Of a stretch of DNA of 64,000 bases, positions 56,786 through 64,000 are shown in pieces. Numbering within the stretch: the first letter of the stretch is position 1; each line of letters starts with the position of its first letter. The DNA is from a virus: IMG/VR virus record IMGVR_UViG_3300009128_000002; one strand, written 5' to 3'. Made by a program: the position numbers and the translations under genes. The notes below the pieces were generated by a model. It saw only the letters and a list, made by a program, of their open reading frames with translations. It ran no database searches and was not told where the DNA came from.

Positions 56786-57955
56786 ATGGGTTGTAAAATT
56801 TTCAGTTTAGGTGAAACTGTACACAGTAAACAAACAAGTCTGTTCTTAGGAGAGAATTCTTGTAACAGAAATATTCAAACATTCCACGACCCTAAGTATC
56901 AGTGGATTATGGACTTCGCAGAAGAAATGAGAAGTATTGGTAATTGGTCAAAGAACGAGATTGACTTATCCAAAGAGAAAAAGCATTTCGACGGACTTGA
57001 TGAAGCAGGGAGGCACATTTATGAAGCAGGACTTAAATTCGCTATTACGTTGGATAGTTGTGCAGGTAGGGCGCCCCTTCAACTGTTCAATAACGGAGGA
57101 ATATCTAATAACCCCGAATGGGAATTGTATATCACCAATCATCAGAATAATGAATTACTTCATTCAGAATCCTATACAGAAATGGTTCGTGCTATCTACA
57201 ATGATGTTGATGTGTTTATTGATTCTATTATTGATGATAAATATATTCAAAAACGTGCTACTTCTATTCTAAGTGCATTTGATTGGGCAACAACTGTATT
57301 CGATAAGATGGATGCTAATAAGACTTGTAAAGAATTAAAACTTGGTTGTGAAGTACCATTTCCAGAAGTTGATGAAAGGGTGGTTAAGGAAGCAATTTAC
57401 AAGTCTGCTCTTGTTCTGAATATGTTTGAGGGTATTCGTTTCTTCTGTACCTTTGTAACTAATTGGTCATTTAGTGAACAACCCGAAAAGTTAATGTCGG
57501 GTTCATCTAACATTTTTAAATTAATTGCACGTGATGAAATGATCCATCTTGATGTATTCCAACGTGTAATTAAAATGCTTAGGGAAGACCCCAATGAAGG
57601 TTTTACTAGAGTTGCCGCCGACTTGGAAGATGAAACTTATGCAATGTTCCAAACGGCATATGATGAGGAAATGGAATGGGTTGAGTATCTATTCTCTAAA
57701 GGTACACCTTTAATTGGTATGAATGAACATATTCTTAAAGGGTATATGGATTATATCTTTGCAATTAGAATGACTAATATTGGACTTGATCCTAAGAAGT
57801 TAGGACTTGAATTGGGTAACAACCCTTTACCGTGGGTAGATAACTATCTTGATTCTACTAATGTAAAGTCTGCACCACAAGAAATTGAAAGTGTTAACTA
57901 CATCGCCGCTATTGATAGTAGTAAAGATGAGGATTTTGACCTAGATGACCTATAG
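56786..57955 (+). CDS. nrdB: Class Ia ribonucleotide reductase beta subunit
   Basis: ELLHSESY, EGIRF, IARDEMIH, APQEIESVNY. Confidence 0.95.
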   Translation: MGCKIFSLGETVHSKQTSLFLGENSCNRNIQTFHDPKYQWIMDFAEEMRSIGNWSKNEIDLSKEKKHFDGLDEAGRHIYEAGLKFAITLDSCAGRAPLQLFNNGGISNNPEWELYITNHQNNELLHSESYTEMVRAIYNDVDVFIDSIIDDKYIQKRATSILSAFDWATTVFDKMDANKTCKELKLGCEVPFPEVDERVVKEAIYKSALVLNMFEGIRFFCTFVTNWSFSEQPEKLMSGSSNIFKLIARDEMIHLDVFQRVIKMLREDPNEGFTRVAADLEDETYAMFQTAYDEEMEWVEYLFSKGTPLIGMNEHILKGYMDYIFAIRMTNIGLDPKKLGLELGNNPLPWVDNYLDSTNVKSAPQEIESVNYIAAIDSSKDEDFDLDDL

Positions 57956-57976
57956 ATAAATAATATAACAAATTGC

Positions 57977-58005
57977 TAGACAAATTTGTTATAATGGTGT
58001 ATAAT
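57977..58005 (+). promoter_or_regulatory. sigma70-type promoter for tRNA-Leu/dsrC/tRNA-Cys
   Basis: TAGACA-17bp-TATAAT. Confidence 0.7.
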
Positions 58006-58018
58006 AATAACCAAGTGT

Positions 58019-58105
58019 GCGAGTATGGTGAAATTGGTAGACACAAGGGACTTAAAATCCCTCGCTAGAAATAGCATCCGAGTTCGACTCTCGGTACTCG
58101 CACCA
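58019..58105 (+). tRNA. tRNA-Leu(TAA)
   Basis: GCGAGTA/TACTCGC acceptor, AGGGA-CTTAAAA-TCCCT, long variable arm, CCA end. Confidence 0.93.
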
Positions 58106-58128
58106 TTTTTTAAATGAAGGAGTATATA

Positions 58129-58296
58129 ATGAGTAATGGAGTAACAAGGGGCAATCGCCCAGCATTCGGTGGAAACATCGAAGCAACAAGAGCATCAAAT
58201 CCACTAAACATCAGAACTGGTAAAGAGTCAGTTAGACAAACACAAGACTTTAAGAATTGTATGAAGTCACGTGAAGAACTAGAGGAGTATAGATAA
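58129..58296 (+). CDS. Small hypothetical protein
   Basis: AAGGAG RBS before ATG 58129. Confidence 0.55.
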   Translation: MSNGVTRGNRPAFGGNIEATRASNPLNIRTGKESVRQTQDFKNCMKSREELEEYR

Positions 58297-58297
58297 T

Positions 58298-58585
58298 ATG
58301 TTAGCAAGAACAGGAAACGGATATTTAGAAGACCCAACAATTTGGTCATTAGAAGTAATGGCAGAAATGGCACTTGAAGATGGTATTGAGTTATCAGAGT
58401 CTCAAGTGATGCAAATCGAAAAGGCAAGAGAATACTATGACGAGAATTCAAGTGTTCCACCTATTAGAACATTTGCGAAGTTAATAGGCATTGATAAGAA
58501 GATTCTATTCAAAGAGTGGTTGACTGGGCCGATGAAACCGATTACTAAGTACGGTGGATTACCTCAACCAACAGGATGTGTATAG
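58298..58585 (+). CDS. dsrC: DsrC/TusE-family sulfur-relay protein (only the C-terminal CysA kept)
   Basis: GYLEDP..WS.EV...AREYY....P..R...GP.K.ITKYGGLPQPTGCV. Confidence 0.9.
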   Translation: MLARTGNGYLEDPTIWSLEVMAEMALEDGIELSESQVMQIEKAREYYDENSSVPPIRTFAKLIGIDKKILFKEWLTGPMKPITKYGGLPQPTGCV

Positions 58586-58592
58586 TACAATA

Positions 58593-58694
58593 TACATTAA
58601 CGTATATAGTGTACAGTATATTGTACATTAACGTATATAGTGTACAGTATATTGTACATTATACACATTAACCTATATAGTGTACAGTATATTG
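58593..58694. repeat. 31-bp tandem repeat x3 with palindromic core
   Basis: TACATTAACGTATATAGTGTACAGTATATTG at 58593 and 58624, variant at 58664. Confidence 0.9.
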
Positions 58695-58717
58695 TACATT
58701 ATATACAAACAATTTTA

Positions 58718-58795
58718 GCACAAGTACCAAAGTGGTCCAATGGGGCGGTTTGCAAAACCGTAAAGTCGTCAGTTCGAATCTGACCTTGTGCTCCA
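58718..58795 (+). tRNA. tRNA-Cys(GCA)
   Basis: GCACAAG/CTTGTGC acceptor, GCGGT-TTGCAAA-ACCGT, U discriminator, CCA end. Confidence 0.9.
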
Positions 58796-58810
58796 ATATT
58801 AAAATATATT

Positions 58811-60160
58811 ATGAGTAAAGTTGATATAAGATGCAATGATGAGTTGTATGATTACTATGGTGGTCATTTATCCGATGGACGACCAATATTAAATTCATCT
58901 GAGTTTAAATACGTAACAGACAAGTATGGTAAAGATATTGCCAGAGAAACACTTGCACATTATATACACAATAACAGAACCGAATATCCAATTAAAGATA
59001 TTGGTTATGATAGAATGTCTAAAACATTTCATAAACTTCGTACATCAAGTTATTTTGAAACAATAACACCTGTAGAGAATTTTGAAAATGGTATTATTGA
59101 AAAGTATGAATATGAGTATGATTTCGACACATATGGTTTAGGTGTTATCGACGCACCTGCAACTTTCAACCCAGCATCAGATTACTTTATGAACAAATTA
59201 CGTGCAAGGTGTTCATCTGTTACACATGATGGGCCTGCTGTTGTATGGGAAGAAGGTAGTGTTAGAAAAATATGGCAGGCCTTTGGTGCAATATGGAGAG
59301 GGGTTAATAATTGTCATTTTGATGAAGAAGGTAAAGTTATTAGTGGTGATTTAACAAACGACACATACTTAACTGCCTTTCGTTTAGGTACATATCTAGC
59401 AACACAATTTAAACCAAACGTTGCTCGAACTATATACGAAATGTGTGATGCGAAAAAGGTATTAGATACTTCTATGGGGTGGGGCGATAGGTTATGTGGG
59501 TTTATGACGTCTAATGCTAAAGAGTATGTTGGTTGTGACCCAAACCCCAATACATTTAAGAACTATAAAATAATGGCAAAAGAGTATTCAAAACTCGTAG
59601 GTGATGAAATTATTTCGGTTGTAGATGAAGATGATTATTATAAACAAATAGGTACAAAGAAAACAGTTACAGTTTATAGAAGTGGTGCAGAGAATATACC
59701 GTGGAATGATGTAAATGAAATTGATTGTGCATTTACATCACCTCCTTATTTTTCAACAGAGAAATATAATGAAGGTGGTGATAAAGAAGAAGACCAATCG
59801 TGGTCTAAATTTAAGGAATATGAATCATGGCGAGATGATTTTTATTTACCAGTCGCAAAAAATAGTTTTGATGCATTGAGTGATAATGGTTTTTTATTAG
59901 TTAATATTATGGATCCTCGTATCCACGGTAAACGTTATCACTCTGGTGATGAATTAGTTAATTCAATGAAGGATGATTTTGTTGGACAAGTTGGTATGAG
60001 GATTATGCAACGTCCACACGGCAAGATGAAATTCACCCCAGAAGAATTACGTGAATATATGAAAAAAACTTATATTGAAAATGTATGGGTGTTCTCAAAA
60101 GGTAGTAAATTGGATTTATTTAGGGATGCTCGGGTTAGTAATTTGGATAGTTTTTTTTAA
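58811..60160 (+). CDS. Amino (N6-A/N4-C) DNA methyltransferase
   Basis: VLDTSMGWGDRL SAM motif, GCDPN, FTSPPYF; C-terminal NLDSFF. Confidence 0.85.
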   Translation: MSKVDIRCNDELYDYYGGHLSDGRPILNSSEFKYVTDKYGKDIARETLAHYIHNNRTEYPIKDIGYDRMSKTFHKLRTSSYFETITPVENFENGIIEKYEYEYDFDTYGLGVIDAPATFNPASDYFMNKLRARCSSVTHDGPAVVWEEGSVRKIWQAFGAIWRGVNNCHFDEEGKVISGDLTNDTYLTAFRLGTYLATQFKPNVARTIYEMCDAKKVLDTSMGWGDRLCGFMTSNAKEYVGCDPNPNTFKNYKIMAKEYSKLVGDEIISVVDEDDYYKQIGTKKTVTVYRSGAENIPWNDVNEIDCAFTSPPYFSTEKYNEGGDKEEDQSWSKFKEYESWRDDFYLPVAKNSFDALSDNGFLLVNIMDPRIHGKRYHSGDELVNSMKDDFVGQVGMRIMQRPHGKMKFTPEELREYMKKTYIENVWVFSKGSKLDLFRDARVSNLDSFF

Positions 60161-60167
60161 TACCTGC

Positions 60168-60196
60168 TTGACAAATGGTTTTTTGTGTAGTATAAT
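60168..60196 (+). promoter_or_regulatory. Consensus sigma70 promoter
   Basis: TTGACA-17bp-TATAAT. Confidence 0.8.
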
Positions 60197-60226
60197 ATGT
60201 CTATAATTTTTATAAAAGGAGAATAA

Positions 60227-60421
60227 ATGTTTACAAATGTAGTAAAGAAAACTAAAAAATTCTTTGGTGTAGATACTGAAGATTATAAATCAAAATATTT
60301 TTATGAATTACAACGTTCAAAGGAATTAGAAGAAAAACTAAATTTCTTTTGTGGTCAATTAACTGCAGTTTTAAAGCAAGTAGATGCTTGTGGTAAGGGA
60401 GGTAAAGTAAATGACTATTAA
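60227..60421 (+). CDS. Small hypothetical protein
   Basis: AAGGAG RBS. Confidence 0.55.
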   Translation: MFTNVVKKTKKFFGVDTEDYKSKYFYELQRSKELEEKLNFFCGQLTAVLKQVDACGKGGKVNDY

Positions 60422-60602
60422 TAATTTATCAAAAGATCAAATGGCACGTATTATATACGCGTTAGATTTCACATTGAAAAATGATCCAACAAAAGTAGCA
60501 GGAATCAGAGAAACTGCCCATTGGGTGGATTTACAATATACTGAACAGAAGAAAGGTGGCCCTTGGAAAGCACGTTTACGTGAACAAGGTTATGCAATTT
60601 AA
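60411..60602 (+). CDS. Small hypothetical protein
   Basis: GGAGG RBS. Confidence 0.55.
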   Translation: MTINNLSKDQMARIIYALDFTLKNDPTKVAGIRETAHWVDLQYTEQKKGGPWKARLREQGYAI

Positions 60603-60619
60603 ACAAAAGGAAATATATT

Positions 60620-60934
60620 ATGGCAATTGAAAGAATGTACCCTATTGGGGATAAAGTATTAATTAAACCAGATGCGGCTGGAAATGAAACTGCATCAGGT
60701 ATCGTATTGACAACAGAAAAGAAATCATCTACAGGAACAGTGGCGGCAGTAGGGCCTGGTTTGGTTGCTATTGATGGTACAGTCCATCCATTACAGTGTA
60801 AACCTTTAGACCGTGTTATGTTTGCGGCCGTTGATGCGACAGTATCACAAAGGACTATTACTATGAATGGTGAGAATTATTTACTAATTCCAGAGTCACA
60901 AGTCTTTGGTGTTATTGAGGAATCAGATGATTGA
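60620..60934 (+). CDS. groES: GroES-like co-chaperonin
   Basis: PIGDKVLIK, TASGIVL, GTVAAVGPG, DRVMF, ENYLLIPESQVFGVI. Confidence 0.9.
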   Translation: MAIERMYPIGDKVLIKPDAAGNETASGIVLTTEKKSSTGTVAAVGPGLVAIDGTVHPLQCKPLDRVMFAAVDATVSQRTITMNGENYLLIPESQVFGVIEESDD

Positions 60935-62168
60935 TTTTTCATTAAGTGAAGATGAGTTTTTAACTTTATTTGATTTAACCCCAATAACTTATGATGAATT
61001 TTTAGCAACTGCTAAACGTGGTACAAAAGATTTCCCACTATTGGTAGATTACTTCAAAGACTTAAAAGAACCGAAAGGTGATGATGAGGATTTACGTATT
61101 ACCAAAAGGGATGAAGTTTTGCAAGGTATGTATGATATGATTTTTAAAGACAAACGTGACTTTCTAATCAAATGGTATAATACACACATCCACTTGTCAG
61201 ATGATGCATTTAAAAAGGCAATGTATTTTAATACCAAACGTTTTAACATTATGGAAAACGGTCTAATTGATGGTAGGAAAAATGATGGTAAGAATAGTAG
61301 GTTAATTAAAAATATGAACTTCTTCCAAATGTATTCAACTAAGAAGTTAGATAAAGATGATAACCGTAATACACTTGATGTTATTAGAAGTTTAATTGAT
61401 GATGTTACATTTGGTGGAAGTGTATCGGCACCTGGCGCCGCTAAATTTTACCTAAACGGTGACTGGTCTACATTGTTTGCTATTATACGAGGAACTACAA
61501 ATAAAGCATCTACGTTTAATCCATTCACTGCAGGTTGGATATTTAGACATATATTTAAAGCAGAGAAGGTTCTTACACCAACTTTAGGTTGGAATAGTTA
61601 TTTGGTTGGTGCGTTAAATGCCGATGTTAAAGAGTATGTTGGTATTGATGTTATTAAAGAAGTAACTGCAAAAAGTAAAAAGATTGTAGATTATTACAAC
61701 GAAAATAATAGTAGTTTAGATAGTTTCTTTGGAAACGATGAACTTAAACTTACAACTTACACGTGTCCGTCTGAGGAATTAAACGACCGTTATGGGTTTG
61801 ACGAAAAGTATAGTAAACATTTTGATACTATTTTTTGTTCACCTCCGTATTGGGATTTAGAATTATATGATGGTGATAACCCAGATCAAAGTACAAACAA
61901 GTTTACAAATTATGAAGAATGGTTAGATGGTTATTGGGGTGCAACTTGTAAAACACTAGCGAATGTTATGACTGATGATGGTAGATTTGGTTTTGTTGTT
62001 AGTAGTTTTTCAAACAATACCTTTTCAGAAGATATGAAGGATAAGGCTTCTGAATACTTTGACTTAGAACATCACTACAAGGTTTCGTGGAGTGCATTTA
62101 AGGTACTTGAAGGGAAAATGGAAGATGGTAATTATGAAGACTTTTGGTTTTTTAAAAAAAAGACTTGA
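60927..62168 (+). CDS. Second amino DNA methyltransferase
   Basis: VLTPTLGWNS, YVGID, FCSPPYW.LELY; internal SLDSFF. Confidence 0.8.
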   Translation: MIDFSLSEDEFLTLFDLTPITYDEFLATAKRGTKDFPLLVDYFKDLKEPKGDDEDLRITKRDEVLQGMYDMIFKDKRDFLIKWYNTHIHLSDDAFKKAMYFNTKRFNIMENGLIDGRKNDGKNSRLIKNMNFFQMYSTKKLDKDDNRNTLDVIRSLIDDVTFGGSVSAPGAAKFYLNGDWSTLFAIIRGTTNKASTFNPFTAGWIFRHIFKAEKVLTPTLGWNSYLVGALNADVKEYVGIDVIKEVTAKSKKIVDYYNENNSSLDSFFGNDELKLTTYTCPSEELNDRYGFDEKYSKHFDTIFCSPPYWDLELYDGDNPDQSTNKFTNYEEWLDGYWGATCKTLANVMTDDGRFGFVVSSFSNNTFSEDMKDKASEYFDLEHHYKVSWSAFKVLEGKMEDGNYEDFWFFKKKT

Positions 62169-62193
62169 CAAACGATGTTAAGTAGTGTATAAT
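62165..62193 (+). promoter_or_regulatory. Consensus sigma70 promoter
   Basis: TTGACA-17bp-TATAAT. Confidence 0.8.
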
Positions 62194-62220
62194 AAAACTA
62201 TAAACAAAAAGGAGTTAAAT

Positions 62221-62742
62221 ATGTGGGATCATGATTGTAAAGTAGAAAAGGTAATGATGTCTGTTGAGGACGGAAAAGAATGTAATTGGTGTGGACGTCG
62301 AGAAGAAGACGAAGGTGTTGAATTCGGTAAGTTAGGACCTAACGAATTTCCTGATGATGAACTTGAAGATTACCTACAAAACGAGGAAAGTAAATCATTC
62401 GATGCTCATCAGGCAACACGTGACACATTGGAACAATTCGATTTGGAGGAAGAAATTATGAATGAAGATGAAATTCAAAATGTAGAAATAACTGATATGC
62501 CTGATGGTTCAGCAAAGATTACTATGGATTTATCAGCACTGGCTCAACAGCAATTTATAAAGCAAGGTCTTCAATATCTTATTGAAGAGATGAGAATGAA
62601 TGATAAAGTTAAAGTATTAGATCCAAACGACTTTGATAAAGAAACCAAAACTTGGGAACTTGACGACGAAGAAGCAAATGCACTATTCCACTTTGGGTTT
62701 ATTCACGCACTTAAATTAGGAATGGATAAGGAAGAAATTTAA
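62221..62742 (+). CDS. Acidic hypothetical with N-terminal Zn-binding motif
   Basis: AAGGAG RBS; WDHDC...CNWCG. Confidence 0.6.
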   Translation: MWDHDCKVEKVMMSVEDGKECNWCGRREEDEGVEFGKLGPNEFPDDELEDYLQNEESKSFDAHQATRDTLEQFDLEEEIMNEDEIQNVEITDMPDGSAKITMDLSALAQQQFIKQGLQYLIEEMRMNDKVKVLDPNDFDKETKTWELDDEEANALFHFGFIHALKLGMDKEEI

Positions 62743-62835
62743 TATGGATTACGGTGAAATTATGTTTGGCGTTTTGATATTATTTTCGGCATACGCATTA
62801 TACAATATTAACAATTTAGACTAGGATATTATATT

Positions 62836-63060
62836 ATGATTAAAATTATACAAGAATTTGATAATGAACGTGAGGCAAGTAACTCATTAAGGACAGTTGA
62901 TTATTGGTGTTCTTTATATGACTTAGATGAATGGTTGCGTTCAGAAGTTAAGTATAACAATAATCTATCTGAAAACACTGCTGATTCTTTTGATAAAGTG
63001 CGTGAAAAACTTAGAAATATTATGGACAGACACGGTGTAAATTTATTGGACTACGACTAA
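62836..63060 (+). CDS. Hypothetical protein
   Basis: LYDLDEWLRSEVKY. Confidence 0.6.
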   Translation: MIKIIQEFDNEREASNSLRTVDYWCSLYDLDEWLRSEVKYNNNLSENTADSFDKVREKLRNIMDRHGVNLLDYD

Positions 63061-63371
63061 TGTATAGACTATCAAAATTAGATTCAACAAAAGAAAATGA
63101 CTATTATGGCGTTGTGCTTTCACACGGTAGACATACTCAAGCACTTAGAATAAACTTTGAAGAATTACAACAATCGCATAAAAAAGAATTGACCGAAACT
63201 TCAATACAAGAACCAACTGTCGGTGCTGTATTAGTTGTTGAAAACTTAAAAGAATGGTATAGAACAAACGTAGTAACACACATACGTTCTGATGTTACAA
63301 ACAAAGAAGGAATTAGAACTGTCGTATTTGAAACAGCATCTGGTTCTGTCTATCAATGGGACACAGCATAA
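63060..63371 (+). CDS. Hypothetical protein
   Basis: WYRT..V...FETASGSVY. Confidence 0.6.
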   Translation: MYRLSKLDSTKENDYYGVVLSHGRHTQALRINFEELQQSHKKELTETSIQEPTVGAVLVVENLKEWYRTNVVTHIRSDVTNKEGIRTVVFETASGSVYQWDTA

Positions 63372-63685
63372 TGATTAATAAAGTTATTAAAGACGGAATG
63401 GTAGGTGTTCTTGTATCAGGTGGATACGGGGCAGGTTTCTCGACTTGGAATTCACAAGAACCAGAAATTATGTTTGAACCGATTGTTATTGGTATGCTCG
63501 AACAAGAAAAGTCTGAGGAAGAAATTACAAAATACCTTGAAGAAGAATACCCAGAAGGATATTGGGGTGGTGTTGATGGATTAACAGTTATCTGGTTAAA
63601 GCAAGGTACTGAGTTTAACATTACTGAATATGATGGTGCCGAAGGTATTGAGTATAAAGAAAGTGAGTATTGGAAAGTGGCGTGA
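63371..63685 (+). CDS. Conserved phage hypothetical protein
   Basis: VLVSGGYGAGFSTW...FNITEYDGAE. Confidence 0.7.
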   Translation: MINKVIKDGMVGVLVSGGYGAGFSTWNSQEPEIMFEPIVIGMLEQEKSEEEITKYLEEEYPEGYWGGVDGLTVIWLKQGTEFNITEYDGAEGIEYKESEYWKVA

Positions 63686-64000
63686 TGATTACATATAGTT
63701 GCAACTGGATGGGTCCGATGAACCACTGGTATGAAAAGCACGATGTTCCTTTTACTTGGGATTATTTTACTTGGGAAGGTGAAAAGAAAAAGATTAAGAA
63801 GTATAAACAATATGCTGGTGGTAGGATTGACATTTATGGCGACGAACCTTGGCAAGAATTAGGTTGTCCTATTATGACTGCGGAAGATTGGAATGAATTA
63901 CATTATTTTTGTGATGAGTTTAAGTCTAAGGAACAATTGAATGAAACAGAGTTCTTTGCTGAATTTGAGAAATGGTTAGGACGTGAAATGAATTTAGGTC
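63685..64000 (+). CDS. Hypothetical protein, truncated at window end
   Basis: MITYSCNWMGP... open to 64000. Confidence 0.6.
   Translation, partial: MITYSCNWMGPMNHWYEKHDVPFTWDYFTWEGEKKKIKKYKQYAGGRIDIYGDEPWQELGCPIMTAEDWNELHYFCDEFKSKEQLNETEFFAEFEKWLGREMNLG

Noticed and set aside
58593-58694. Possible CRISPR array
   Set aside because: Repeats are contiguous without unique spacers, and there are no cas genes in the window.
1-64000. Stop-codon reassignment
   Set aside because: Core genes are full length in code 11, and TAG, TGA and TAA all end genes at expected positions.

Overview
This AT-rich window has essentially all genes on the + strand and is part of a large T4-like (marine myovirus-type) phage genome. 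It holds most of the replication, recombination and nucleotide-metabolism module: gp55, 47, 46, 45, 44, 62, regA, dexA, 43, uvsX, 41, 61, RuvC-like resolvase, fused 39+60, 52, rnh, ligase 30, thyX and nrdAB. It also has four tRNAs (Asp, Glu, Leu, Cys), many sigma70-type early promoters and T4 late promoters (TATAAATA). Auxiliary genes include a MoxR/CobS ATPase with a vWA partner, two MazG-like pyrophosphatases, a 2OG-Fe(II) oxygenase, mtnN, purM, phoH, metK, groES, a porin, a DsrC/TusE protein, a Cys-less DsrC paralog and a Cys-to-Ser rhodanese. The sulfur-relay genes suggest a sulfur-oxidizing gammaproteobacterial host such as SUP05/Thioglobaceae (inference). Most notable signals: (1) a late-promoter-driven cluster of about 9 kb (20.8-29.6 kb) whose proteins nearly all start with a T4 internal-protein-like capsid-targeting peptide and contain acidic L/I-x-E linkers, i.e. 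a probable packaged, protease-processed, injected polyprotein toolkit with RNA-ligase-like, kinase, nucleotidyltransferase, RNase-like and nuclease modules; (2) two DNA methyltransferases carrying the same LDSFF sliding-clamp motif as the polymerase, alongside phage MetK and MtnN; (3) a GATC-dense, repeat-rich island with strand-skew flips at about 48.9-52.4 kb (candidate origin); (4) apparently catalytically dead sulfur-relay paralogs. All assignments come from reading motifs by eye; no database searches were run.
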